Assembly: GCA_035411425.1 (NCBI GenBank)
Contig: DAONSX010000004.1
Coordinates: 16,392 to 80,391 of the forward strand
Reading direction: 5' to 3'
Source of the DNA: Bacteroidales bacterium
GTDB taxonomy: Bacteria > Bacteroidota > Bacteroidia > Bacteroidales > TTA-H9
DNA: 64,000 bases
In this document: positions 1 to 9,601 of the stretch, piece by piece
Layout of the letters: the number at the start of each line of letters is the position of its first letter
Position numbering within the stretch: the first letter of the stretch is position 1
The notes under the pieces: model-generated
Told to the model about the DNA's origin: nothing
The model's database searches: none
The model's input: the letters and a program-made list of their open reading frames with translations, nothing else
Made by a program: the position numbers and the translations under genes

Positions 1-255
1 ATTAGGATCGGGGAAAACTTCCGACTTACTAAAATCATCGAAAAAAGGCAGAAGCAAGGAGGATGTTTCTTGATTGGTTTTTTTTAAAAGAAGGACCTTC
101 GATTCTCTGCCAACAGCAGGATTATATTCCAAGCCCGATAAAATCTCCTGAGCTATCAATGGCTTCAACAAAAAACACAATAAGAGCAACAGAATATTTC
201 TGATTATTTTCAACATTCGACTTCGCAAAAACCAGTGTTCGATATCTATTTTCAT
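1..255 (-). CDS. 5' part of a gene for a putative secreted protein of unknown function; it continues past the left window edge
   Basis: Not in the ORF track. The reverse frame is open from the ATG at 255 (second ATG at 216) down to position 1: MKIDIEHWFLRSRMLKIIRNILLLLLCFLLKPLIAQEILSGLEYNPAVGRE...LLLPFFDDFSKSEVFPDPN. It has a signal-peptide-like hydrophobic stretch. Confidence 0.45.
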   Translation of the reverse strand, partial: MKIDIEHWFLRSRMLKIIRNILLLLLCFLLKPLIAQEILSGLEYNPAVGRESKVLLLKKTNQETSSLLLPFFDDFSKSEVFPDPN

Positions 256-272
256 TTTTTTGACTTCAAATT

Positions 273-1106
273 TTAAAATTCTTCCTCGTTTTCATCAATG
301 ATGCTATCTCTGTTTTGATGATGTTGACGAAGTGATTTCAGTTGTTTGGCATCTTTTATCTGGCCAAAAACCAGGCTTACATACGAACCGGGAGTAAGTC
401 GAGTCTCAATACCTGGCTCCTGATGTATTACCATGGCTGAATCCTGTGGAATGCCATCGGGAAAAGAAATTTTTCCGAGATTTAGGCCTGAGCGAAACAA
501 AGTATTATAGGCTTCGTAAGGGTGTAAGCCGATAACATCGGGAACAACGGCAGGTACTGGATTATCCCCTTTTTCGACGACAATGACGATTTTGGAATTT
601 CTTGGCAACAATTCGCCTGGATTTACATTACGCGTGCCGATACGTTGACCAATTACCGAATTTTGAAAAGGACCTTCCACATAGGAAATGTAATCTATTC
701 GTAAACCAGAAAGAACAAGTGTTTCGACGGCTTGACGCAATGACAGCTCTCTGATATCGGGCATGGGAACTAAATCGGGTGTACCTGACGCTATGGTTAC
801 ATATATTTTTCGGCCTGATTTTACACCTGTATTCGGTTGAGGATCCATTACCCGAATGCTTCGTGGTGGCATGTTTTCGTCATATATCGAGTCAGTAATA
901 ATAACCTTGAGTCCTTTCTCATCGGCAAATTGAACCAGCTCATCCAAAGGTTTACCCGTAAAATCAGGCAATAGAATAAATTGACCATGACGGGTGTATA
1001 ACTTCAGCGATTGCAGAATCAACCAGATGAGTATCAGTGTAACTACCACCATCAAGGCCAGATTCCGGAAAAACAACTTAGATTTGATAAAATCCGTAAA
1101 TTTCAT
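273..1106 (-). CDS. PASTA-domain membrane protein
   Basis: N-terminal TM helix followed by three ~65-aa PASTA-like repeats (PDFTGKPLDE.., PDIRELSLRQAVE.., PDVIGLHPYEAY..). The track start at 1109 is GTG; the ATG is at 1106. This gene is a usual neighbour of ddl in Bacteroidota. Confidence 0.8.
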   Translation of the reverse strand: MKFTDFIKSKLFFRNLALMVVVTLILIWLILQSLKLYTRHGQFILLPDFTGKPLDELVQFADEKGLKVIITDSIYDENMPPRSIRVMDPQPNTGVKSGRKIYVTIASGTPDLVPMPDIRELSLRQAVETLVLSGLRIDYISYVEGPFQNSVIGQRIGTRNVNPGELLPRNSKIVIVVEKGDNPVPAVVPDVIGLHPYEAYNTLFRSGLNLGKISFPDGIPQDSAMVIHQEPGIETRLTPGSYVSLVFGQIKDAKQLKSLRQHHQNRDSIIDENEEEF

Positions 1107-1206
1107 CACAGGATGTTCTTATTATAATTGATAGGACGATATAAGAGGGTATTTCCCATTCACTTTCATAGAAACTTTATCCGAATGACTTTATTGCTCA
1201 GGTTTG

Positions 1207-1214
1207 CAAAAGTA
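1207..1214 (-). promoter_or_regulatory. candidate -7 promoter box (TACTTTTG) for the PASTA gene
   Basis: Matches the Bacteroidota sigma-A -7 consensus TAnnTTTG on the minus strand, about 100 nt upstream of the ATG at 1106. Confidence 0.3.
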
Positions 1215-1343
1215 TCAATAATCTGTCATTTTTAAGGTTTTCCGGCCGTTTCATTCTTTATGATCTTTAGGTTCGAAAGAAAATTTCTAATCCTATAGCT
1301 GAACAATGTTTTTGTAATTTCGCATGCTAAATTTTATAGAACA

Positions 1344-2327
1344 ATGCCTAAACTAAATATAGCGGTTGTGGGAGGGGGCAATTCAGGAGAATTCGACATT
1401 TCTATTCGAAGCTCCAAACGTGTAGCTAGCCTTCTCGATCCCCTGAAATATAATGTATATCTAATTGTAATCAAAGGGAATAATTGGGAATATATAAATG
1501 AAAAAGGCAGGCATTATAAAATCAATATACAGGACTTCAGCTTGAATATTGAAGGGGAACAAATTGTATTCGATTTGGTATTCAATGCAATACATGGTAC
1601 TCCAGGCGAAGACGGAAAGATTCAGGGTTACTTCGAGATGCTGGGCATACGCCACACATCGTGTAATTCGATCACATCGGCTTTAACTTTCGACAAATAC
1701 TTCTGCAACAAGGTAGTGAGTTCTTTTGGGGTAAAAACTTCTCCCTCTGTTCATTTATTTCGAGACAAAAGGATTTCGATCGAAGAAATAGTTAAGGTAT
1801 TGAAGTTGCCTGTTTTTGTGAAACCCAGTTGTGGAGGGAGCAGCGTTGGAATGAGTAAAGTAACTCACTGCAATGATTTGAAACCAGCTATAGAACTTGC
1901 ATTTCAGCACGACAGGGAAGTACTGATCGAGGAATTCATTCCTGGCAGAGAAATCACCTGCGGAGTTTATAGCGAGAGGGGTAAGTCGAAAGCGCTTCCC
2001 CTTATGGAAATTGTGAGTAAGAAAGAATTTTTCGATTATGAGGCCAAATACGATCCCCAACTGGCCGAGGAGATTTTACCTGCGCCCATAGAGGAGAATC
2101 TTGCAGAAAGATGTTGCTCGATATCGGAAATGCTTTACTCGAGCCTGGGTTGTAGAGGGGTTGTTCGATTCGATTATATTTTATCGAACAGTGAGTTTTG
2201 GTTTCTCGAAGTAAATACAGTACCCGGTATGACGGCCGCCAGTATAGTTCCTAAAATGGCCATCAAGGCTGGTTTCGAGCTCGGCAAATTTTATGATTTG
2301 TTAATCGAGGAAGCTCTGCGAGATTGA
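1344..2327 (+). CDS. ddl: D-alanine--D-alanine ligase
   Basis: Full-length ATP-grasp Ddl: VVGGGNSGEFDIS, HGTPGEDGKIQG, FVKPSCGGSSVG, LEVNTVPGMT. Confidence 0.95.
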   Translation: MPKLNIAVVGGGNSGEFDISIRSSKRVASLLDPLKYNVYLIVIKGNNWEYINEKGRHYKINIQDFSLNIEGEQIVFDLVFNAIHGTPGEDGKIQGYFEMLGIRHTSCNSITSALTFDKYFCNKVVSSFGVKTSPSVHLFRDKRISIEEIVKVLKLPVFVKPSCGGSSVGMSKVTHCNDLKPAIELAFQHDREVLIEEFIPGREITCGVYSERGKSKALPLMEIVSKKEFFDYEAKYDPQLAEEILPAPIEENLAERCCSISEMLYSSLGCRGVVRFDYILSNSEFWFLEVNTVPGMTAASIVPKMAIKAGFELGKFYDLLIEEALRD

Positions 2328-2330
2328 ATT

Positions 2331-2930
2331 TTATTGTTCGAATATCTTTTTATATTCAAGAAATTCGGCCATTTTTCTCAAAGCAATTCCTCTGTGGCTT
2401 ATGTGATTTTTCTCAGCTTCGTCCATCTGGGCAAAAGTTCGGCTATAACCATTTGGAATAAAAATAGGATCGTACCCAAAACCCATATTACCCCTTTTAT
2501 TTTCGATGATTTTGCCCTCTACGATTCCTTCGAAAAAATATTCTTTTCCCTGGATGATGAGAGAAATCACCGTACGAAATCGGGCACGTCTGTTAGTTTT
2601 CCCCTTCATTTCGTAGATTACCTTCCGGATGTTGTCGTCGAATGATTTATTTTCCCCAGCATAACGCGCCGAGAAAACCCCCGGACGTCCTCCTAAAGTA
2701 TCTATCTCCAATCCTGTATCGTCGGCAAAACAATTCTTCTGATAATGGCGGTACACATACCACGATTTTATTGAAGCATTGGCCTCGACCGTAGCACCAT
2801 CTTCGGGAATTTCATCGAAACATCCGATTTCATTTAGCATCAGAATCTCAATATTTGGTCCTAAAATTTGTGAAGCTTCCCTTAGTTTATGTGGATTGTT
2901 TGTAGCAAAAACGAGTTCAATATTTTTCAT
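2331..2930 (-). CDS. rdgB: non-canonical purine NTP (dITP/XTP) pyrophosphatase, RdgB/HAM1 family
   Basis: ATNNPHKLRE, ADDTGLEID, RPGVFSARYAG, FGYDPIF, SHRG motifs; 199 aa. Confidence 0.9.
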   Translation of the reverse strand: MKNIELVFATNNPHKLREASQILGPNIEILMLNEIGCFDEIPEDGATVEANASIKSWYVYRHYQKNCFADDTGLEIDTLGGRPGVFSARYAGENKSFDDNIRKVIYEMKGKTNRRARFRTVISLIIQGKEYFFEGIVEGKIIENKRGNMGFGYDPIFIPNGYSRTFAQMDEAEKNHISHRGIALRKMAEFLEYKKIFEQ

Positions 2931-2981
2931 TTCCAGATTGTTATTCGTCTTTTATCAATCATATATCATATATCTTGTATT

Positions 2982-3743
2982 TTATCTTAATATATTCCAA
3001 TCTTCTATGATGAGCTTCCCTTCGATATTAAGTTGTTCCTCTTCTGGAAGACGAGCAAAGAAATTGAATCCTGTTAGCCTTTCCAGCGAATCAATAGTAA
3101 TGGCCGATTGCATCAAAACCTTGGAAGAATAACTATTTTGCATTACGAAAGCTATTCCCGATTTCTTGTGGTGTGTGTAAATAACTACTGCCTTATAAAA
3201 ATACTTTGGCACACTCACTTTACCATGTCCTATTTTTGGAAGGTCCGAGCTAAGGACAGGACCTGTTGTAATGAGCAAGGTATCATAAATCCGAGCCCAC
3301 TGCCGTACCTTTTCTTCAAGCTTTTTCCACGTTATGCGGTTAAATTGAGGCTGCTGAGGACAAATATTACTCAAATAGAATGATTCTTTCATTGCCTGCG
3401 CCGACCATGCCATATCAGCGGCTGGTGCTAAATGACCCCGGTCGTAACCACTATATTTATAATCTATTGAATGAGCCGACCATTCATCAGGCAGTTGTGG
3501 ATCGGGTATAAAATGGTTGGATTTTTTCACTGATTTTAGAAGCTTATAGGGCACTATGTCGTAAGCTACCCAATCGGAAAGTTTGTGATTCTTGTCATAT
3601 TTCAAAGTGAATCCTACATGCCTGATGACAAGTTCATCCTCGGAATACTCCGGTAAACACCATATTTCCGGTTGAGCAAATAAACCCCCTTCCCTAATCA
3701 TTAAAATAAAAAAGACTATTGACCAGATGAAGTTCTTCGACAT
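2982..3743 (-). CDS. secreted DNA/RNA non-specific endonuclease (NUC/EndoG-like)
   Basis: DRGHLAPAADM active-site motif and a signal peptide. The track start at 3746 is TTG; the ATG is at 3743. Confidence 0.85.
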   Translation of the reverse strand: MSKNFIWSIVFFILMIREGGLFAQPEIWCLPEYSEDELVIRHVGFTLKYDKNHKLSDWVAYDIVPYKLLKSVKKSNHFIPDPQLPDEWSAHSIDYKYSGYDRGHLAPAADMAWSAQAMKESFYLSNICPQQPQFNRITWKKLEEKVRQWARIYDTLLITTGPVLSSDLPKIGHGKVSVPKYFYKAVVIYTHHKKSGIAFVMQNSYSSKVLMQSAITIDSLERLTGFNFFARLPEEEQLNIEGKLIIEDWNILR

Positions 3744-3761
3744 CAATACGAATTATGACTT

Positions 3762-3769
3762 CAAAATTA
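3762..3769 (-). promoter_or_regulatory. candidate -7 promoter box (TAATTTTG)
   Basis: TAnnTTTG on the minus strand, 18 nt upstream of the ATG at 3743. Confidence 0.4.
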
Positions 3770-4333
3770 CAAAGTTTTAGCATTTTGATATTGATGAGGC
3801 CTTGGATACTTTTGTTGAAGCTTATTCTAATTATGCTATCCTGATAAAAACGGCAAAAGCGGTTTTTAACTGAATGAATGATTAGCCGAGGAGGTAATGT
3901 TCATTCTTCATATTGTATAGTCATTTTACAAGTTACAAGCACTTATTTAGGCCAAATGGCTTCGGGGTGGGGAGAATCTTCATCTGAATAAACGGTTCGT
4001 TTGCAATTATTTTCGATGGTGAAAGAGTGGTTTTTTACCTGAAATCATCTCGATAAAGGCCGATTGAAAGATAGAAGGAAATGAAAACATATCGACGAGA
4101 AATAGAAACAGACTTCGATGAATGTTGACTTCTCAGCGTTGGAGTGAAAAATTTACCGAAGATTAACAATAAAAAGTTGAATTTTATCATAATAAGCATT
4201 TATTTTGTAGCCTGAAATTTTGAATGAATGTCCGTGCTTTAAAGACCGAATTTTTTTAGTAAATTATACAGTTATAGAAAATTGAAACATGATCTCTAAA
4301 GAGGCAAACAAGATGAAAGACAAGATAAAGATA

Positions 4334-4462
4334 ATGAAAGAGAAGATTGCTCTCATTTTATTGTTTGTATTCCTAATAGGTATGATAGCTTCGTGCAAGT
4401 CGGAAGAAAGATGTGCGGCTTATGGGGAAGCCAAGAAATACCAGGTAGAAAAGCGTCAATAG
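4334..4462 (+). CDS. possible small lipoprotein (42 aa; the frame is open from 4289)
   Basis: Below the ORF-track size cut-off. MKEKIALILLFVFLIGMIASCKSEERCAAYGEAKKYQVEKRQ has a lipobox-like IASC after a hydrophobic helix and is followed by a strong terminator. No homology is recognisable. Confidence 0.3.
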   Translation: MKEKIALILLFVFLIGMIASCKSEERCAAYGEAKKYQVEKRQ

Positions 4463-4544
4463 ATTTCGGTGATTTAGCTATATTTTAAGCAATGCTAATA
4501 AGAGGAAAGTTATTTATTTCGAACACAGGGTGGTCTAAAAAAAA

Positions 4545-4582
4545 GAAAAGGGCTGTTTTCGATGCAGCCCTTTCCTTTTTTG
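4545..4582. terminator. bidirectional rho-independent terminator
   Basis: GAAAAGGGCTG / CAGCCCTTTCC stem around a 9-nt loop, flanked by an A-run upstream and a T-run downstream. It lies between convergent genes (the small ORF on + and the 4600..6078 gene on -). Confidence 0.7.
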
Positions 4583-4599
4583 GTATCAGAACATTTCTG

Positions 4600-6078
4600 T
4601 TATTCTATGGAGACTTTTCGGATGAATGAGTTCCCATGATTAGAAATGCGAAGGATATAAATTCCACTTTTCAAATTCGAAACATTGAGTTTGTAAGGGT
4701 TTTGTGAATTAATTTCATCTGTAAGCTCGATCACTTTTTGTCCAACCAGGTCGATAAGTTGAATTGTAGCTTGGCCTGACATGGTAGAGGGGAAGCGTAT
4801 GTTCAGGTAATTATTAGCTGGGAGAGGGAAAATGCTGATTTTGTCCAAATCGTTTTCAATCATTCCAATCCCTTTTAAGGTAGTAAACGAGAATACAGGT
4901 GACCATTGAGAAGTATCAGAATTGGCTGTAGCTCTCATTCTCCAATAATAGACGGTATTTTCTTCGAGTATATAAGGGCATCTGTAGTTTGATAGGGAAT
5001 CACCTATGGGAGGGCTGATGAATCCGTCGGTAAGATTTGGATCTTTATCATACTGTAGGTAATAAGATTCTATCCCCGTCATTGGTTCCCATGAAAAGAG
5101 AGGTTGGGTACTCACGTTAGTATCGCCATTTGCTGGAGATTTCAGTATGGGATAAGGTATGATAAAGAATGAACGTGTTACGCCCCAGCTGGAAGTATCG
5201 GAGGTGTGTCTTCCTCTCACTCTCCAATAGTAATGACCTCCAAAGGTGATACCCGATGGAATTACGCTGGTTTTGTCGGTTATAAAATGTAAAGGTTCAT
5301 CAAATTCGGGATTGGTGCATATTTGATAGTCGTATTTTGTAACGCCATTGGCTGCATTCCATGACAAAGTCAGATTAATCTGTTGATTTGTAGCATTATT
5401 GGCGGGATCTATTAAAACGATGGTATCCAGGGTCCTGAAATACCATGCATCCGACCAATTGCTTGTATCTTTTTCGTTTATGGCTCTTACCTTCCAGAAA
5501 TAACGAGTTCCGAAACGCATTTTGGGTGTAGTGGCTTTGTAAACGCTGCCGCTCACTGTCCCTAAATATGCCATAGGACTGTCGAAAGTTTCTACGGTAT
5601 CGAGGATATAGTTGAAATATGTATTTCCCGTAACCAGATTAGGCCCCAAACGGTCTTTCCATTCCAGCGTGGCTAATGGCGTAATCTCCTTTGTCTTGTT
5701 TTCGGGTTTCTTATTATCTACTTTACTAAAGACAGTAAAGTTTCGTGTAGCCGACCAGTATGAAGAATCATTAGTGGCCAGATCATAAGCCTTTACCCTC
5801 CAGTGGTATTGTACCCCGTAATGAAGATTACTCATGGTATAACCCGTCAGAAATTCGGTATAGAATACCTTGGGAGAGGTGAAATCTGGGTTATCATCAA
5901 TTTCGAGTTTGTACTTTATTACGCCCAAACCTGTAACTGCCGACCAGCTCAATGTAACGTCGGGCATTTGGTTTGTAGCACCATTATTAGGCAAAAGCAG
6001 GGTGGGTGTATAAATCTTAGGTTGAGCTATTACCGAAAACCCGATTAATAGAAAGAAGAAAGTAAAAATTCTTTTCAT
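4600..6078 (-). CDS. T9SS-secreted protein with four Fn3-like repeats and a type-A C-terminal sorting domain
   Basis: Signal peptide; four ~95-aa repeats (P.NGAT..V.LSW....Y.L.I...P.F..P...G..Y.WRVRA....S.WS..F.T); C-terminus IFPLPANNYLNIRF...GIYILRISN...KVSIE is typical of a T9SS CTD. Confidence 0.8.
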   Translation of the reverse strand: MKRIFTFFFLLIGFSVIAQPKIYTPTLLLPNNGATNQMPDVTLSWSAVTGLGVIKYKLEIDDNPDFTSPKVFYTEFLTGYTMSNLHYGVQYHWRVKAYDLATNDSSYWSATRNFTVFSKVDNKKPENKTKEITPLATLEWKDRLGPNLVTGNTYFNYILDTVETFDSPMAYLGTVSGSVYKATTPKMRFGTRYFWKVRAINEKDTSNWSDAWYFRTLDTIVLIDPANNATNQQINLTLSWNAANGVTKYDYQICTNPEFDEPLHFITDKTSVIPSGITFGGHYYWRVRGRHTSDTSSWGVTRSFFIIPYPILKSPANGDTNVSTQPLFSWEPMTGIESYYLQYDKDPNLTDGFISPPIGDSLSNYRCPYILEENTVYYWRMRATANSDTSQWSPVFSFTTLKGIGMIENDLDKISIFPLPANNYLNIRFPSTMSGQATIQLIDLVGQKVIELTDEINSQNPYKLNVSNLKSGIYILRISNHGNSFIRKVSIE

Positions 6079-6109
6079 TGTTAGATGCTATTTAAAAATT
6101 ATAAGACTT

Positions 6110-8899
6110 CTATTTTACGATGATGAACTTACCCGTCGAGATAGAGGTGTCGGAGATGCAACGCAGGATATAAGTACCGCGTTTCAGATTGGAAACATCC
6201 ATGGTAAACGTATTGGAGCCTGGCTGAATTTTCAGATGATTTTCTTTTGATTTTCTTCCACTGAAGTCGTAGATTTCGATGAAAACCTCCGAAGCATAAT
6301 CTCCTTTTAGGGTAAATGAGAGTTCGTTTCGGACGGGATTCGGATAAATGGCAAGCTGGGCATTAGTGGGTGGGGTATCTATATTGGGTTCGTCGATTCC
6401 GACGAAGAAATTAGAGCTGTAAACACCTCTCCCGTATGTAGCAGCATATATCACTCCATAATTGGTGATTTCAGGATAATAAACTCCCGGAATATTTGGA
6501 TCGTCAGAGGGCACGAAAATACCACCACCATTAACAGTTTGCTGTAATAAGACCTTGACAGGAATTCTACCCATGGGGCCATTGTCGTTCACCCAGTTTG
6601 GAGCGGAAATATTGTTGGTAAGAAAGATGCCATATTCCGTACCCAGAATTATTAAATTGGAATTGTTCAATTCTATCAAAGACGAATAAACTGGTCCGTG
6701 TGGAAGATTAGTCTGAACAGAAGTGAATTTGGGTAATGAATCTAGAGCATTGGTAACATTATATACGTATTCGTCGAATCCATAGTTACCAAGAGTTACC
6801 AGGATATGTTGAGGATTTTTGGGGTCGACTGCAATGGAAGTAACTATACGATTAGGGAAAGATTTGATTTGTTGAGTAGCTACTACACAGGTGGCCGAAG
6901 TAATTGAAGCAGTGGCTGCGGAGTTGGCGTGTGTGAGGTTAGATATGCGGAAAACATTACCACTTTCTGTTCCTACATAAAGGTGATTGGCATCGGCGGA
7001 AAGGCTCATGCACGAAACAGTGCCTACTACCTTAGCTACTTGCCACCATTCAGGTTCTTTTGTAAAATCGAGGATTTCTTTGGTATAATAAACTTTATCG
7101 CCCAAAGCGAGGAAGGTTTTTGCTTGTAGAGGATCTTTAAAATAAACTACGTCGCCCTTGTGTATATCGTGAGGGGCAATGGTTTTGAATGGATAATCAT
7201 AAATTTGGCTACGAACAATGATTTCTTCTCCTTCGGTAATGTCTTTAGATGCCTTAAAACGAGTGGAATCCATGCTTGTAGGGTCATTGAACGATTCCCA
7301 GAGTATCATGGGGCAGTAAGTATTTGCCGGGGCTGACATACCACTATTGAGGAAGGTAGTAGAGAAACTGAATCCTTTATCTTCTGTACGGCGGAATGGC
7401 CCACCTTTAAGAGATAAGATAAATACCTTGGGATTGATTTTTGAAATGGCTACATAACCGCCTTCTCCGCTGTTGTTAAAGTCACCATTCCACACTTCCA
7501 CTGCGCCTATGGGAGAATTGGTGCCATCGCCTATATATTGTATCCCATTCCCCAGAGTACCTCCAATAGGATTTCCGAAACCATTGACATTGAGTGTAAC
7601 GAATTGTGAAGTCATGTAGGTGCGGTTCAAACTTTTGAAATAAAGTTCTCCATCGATGTTAGTAGAAATGCCACCATCTGTGCCTATAAGAAAGGTTTTT
7701 GGATCATTGGGTTTAAAAACATAGGTATGATGAAGCTCATGGAGATATAATGGAGAGAATTTACTCGTAGCATAACTTGATATAGCATCTGTACCCCAAT
7801 AGTAATAGCCTTCATTGATAAATTTGCCATGCCACATATTTATGCCTCCAACTAATATTTCTTCGGGATTGTTGGGGTAAACAACGATAGTATTGGCCAC
7901 CAGACCGTAAGCTACGTTGTTCACGACAAAGATATCGGGTAGCAGAGAAGAATGGCCTGGGAAAATAATTTCCCATGTAATACCCTTATCAATCGAACGA
8001 TAAATATTGTCGAAATAGCCGTAAGGATCGCTAGCGCAAGCATAAATATAATCGGGATTGGAAGGAGCCACAGCTAATTCTATACGTCCAAGCCCTATGG
8101 AGGGGAGTTTTTCTGGATTTAAAACGGTATCGGGAAGCACTTGTTTTGTACTTTGATTAATAAAGCCATTAGGTTGGCCTAATTCCGAAACATAAACCTT
8201 ACTTTCGATCGAAGCCACTACAATTCCGTTGCTTCCCACCTTCACGTCCCAAACGAAACCATTCAAGGGCTGCAATTGTCCTTCCCCATCTATATAATTT
8301 GCCGTTCGCCATTGGGATTCATCGCTGTTGCGGTATTTTAAACCTGCATTGGTGGCCGCATAAATACGACCGTTCTGTATAGCTAATTCGTTGATATAAG
8401 CCCATTCGAGTACATTATCTACCATGGTAGGCATTGTTCCAGGAACCAGACTGAAATTGTCCCCATCGGTCGAAACATATAAACCCGTACCCTGTGAAAA
8501 CCCATATTCACCAGTTCCAGCATAAATGTCGTTATTATCGGTCTGAGCCATACAACTTACATTCAGGTTTGAGTTGGCTTGATTCACCTTTACCCAAGTG
8601 CTTCCCAGATTGGTTGATTTCCATATTCCTCCCGCAACACTGGCAGCATAAACCGTATTAAAAGTCGCATCACGCTTATCGAAAAGTATGGCACGCGTTC
8701 GCCCACCTACATTATCAGGCCCCAGACTCTGCCAGTTAAGCGATACTGCATTGCCCGATTTGAGATGATTTTGCAATTGGGCTTTCCCGGGTCGGTCCCC
8801 TTCATTTCCCTTGCTCCCAGCTATGCCCGAAGCAAATAGGTATGACCCACATCCCATCATCAGGGCCGTCAGGAAAAACAGTAAAGATTTATTTTTCAT
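6110..8899 (-). CDS. large secreted BNR/Asp-box (sortilin/VPS10-like beta-propeller) protein with a T9SS type-A CTD
   Basis: Signal peptide; Asp-box-like motifs (GGIWKSTNLGSTW, SIDKGITW); C-terminus IYPNPVRNELSFTL...GTYILRC...KFIIVK. Its stop is 31 nt upstream of the start of the 4600..6078 gene on the same strand. Confidence 0.7.
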   Translation of the reverse strand: MKNKSLLFFLTALMMGCGSYLFASGIAGSKGNEGDRPGKAQLQNHLKSGNAVSLNWQSLGPDNVGGRTRAILFDKRDATFNTVYAASVAGGIWKSTNLGSTWVKVNQANSNLNVSCMAQTDNNDIYAGTGEYGFSQGTGLYVSTDGDNFSLVPGTMPTMVDNVLEWAYINELAIQNGRIYAATNAGLKYRNSDESQWRTANYIDGEGQLQPLNGFVWDVKVGSNGIVVASIESKVYVSELGQPNGFINQSTKQVLPDTVLNPEKLPSIGLGRIELAVAPSNPDYIYACASDPYGYFDNIYRSIDKGITWEIIFPGHSSLLPDIFVVNNVAYGLVANTIVVYPNNPEEILVGGINMWHGKFINEGYYYWGTDAISSYATSKFSPLYLHELHHTYVFKPNDPKTFLIGTDGGISTNIDGELYFKSLNRTYMTSQFVTLNVNGFGNPIGGTLGNGIQYIGDGTNSPIGAVEVWNGDFNNSGEGGYVAISKINPKVFILSLKGGPFRRTEDKGFSFSTTFLNSGMSAPANTYCPMILWESFNDPTSMDSTRFKASKDITEGEEIIVRSQIYDYPFKTIAPHDIHKGDVVYFKDPLQAKTFLALGDKVYYTKEILDFTKEPEWWQVAKVVGTVSCMSLSADANHLYVGTESGNVFRISNLTHANSAATASITSATCVVATQQIKSFPNRIVTSIAVDPKNPQHILVTLGNYGFDEYVYNVTNALDSLPKFTSVQTNLPHGPVYSSLIELNNSNLIILGTEYGIFLTNNISAPNWVNDNGPMGRIPVKVLLQQTVNGGGIFVPSDDPNIPGVYYPEITNYGVIYAATYGRGVYSSNFFVGIDEPNIDTPPTNAQLAIYPNPVRNELSFTLKGDYASEVFIEIYDFSGRKSKENHLKIQPGSNTFTMDVSNLKRGTYILRCISDTSISTGKFIIVK

Positions 8900-9377
8900 A
8901 TCATTAAGATTTGTTTAAATATAGTTCTTATCCTTTTAAAATAGTGGCACAAGTTACATACTCTTTATGAATCTGCAAGTATTTCTATGTAAAAAAATTT
9001 CCACAACATTATGCTCAAAACTTTTTCGGTGATCCTTCATAAAGATTATCAATCATTTAATTATTTCATCTTACAAAATTAAATCAATTTTTACTTTCGA
9101 ACATTCAACATGAAATAAAAATTTATTTTCTTTTCATCATTCATTTGTCGAATCATACTTCATTTTTGTAATTGACAAATTATCAAATGTATGAATATAA
9201 AATCCATTCTTTGTTTTGGAATACAAAAGTAATAATTCCTGAGATACTTGTTTTAAAGCAGGTCCATTTTTTTAGATGTTTCTATATCCATACGCTTCTT
9301 TGAGTTTGCTGACAGAATCAGAAATTTTTCTTTCTTCTTCGATTGCCTGCCCGCAAAATAGATTGCAGCTTTTCAGT

Positions 9378-9385
9378 TAACTTTG
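9378..9385 (+). promoter_or_regulatory. candidate -7 promoter box (TAACTTTG)
   Basis: TAnnTTTG, 216 nt upstream of the ATG at 9602. It would imply a long leader. Confidence 0.25.
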
Positions 9386-9601
9386 CATCTTCGGATTTAA
9401 TCTTTTGGGTTTCCGCCAATGCCTTTGGCCATAAGCGAATTCATTTATTCTAACAATAATGAATTTCAATTCGATAAAAGATGAAAGTTTTCGAAGTTTG
9501 TTAAGGTTGAAGAATTCATGAAGGGGATTTATCCATCGTTCGGGATTATGCAATGTCGACAAAATCTCCGAATTTAATTTTATGAACTCAATTTGAAATT
9601 T

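Noticed and set aside
3747-4288. Search for RNase P RNA, SRP RNA, tmRNA or riboswitches in this and the other long gaps (8900-9600, 16413-17330, 26038-26595, 46575-47214)
   Set aside because: I could find no hallmark motifs (for example GAGGAAAGTCC of RNase P RNA or the GGAAGCAGC-type SRP domain IV). A by-eye search cannot exclude them.
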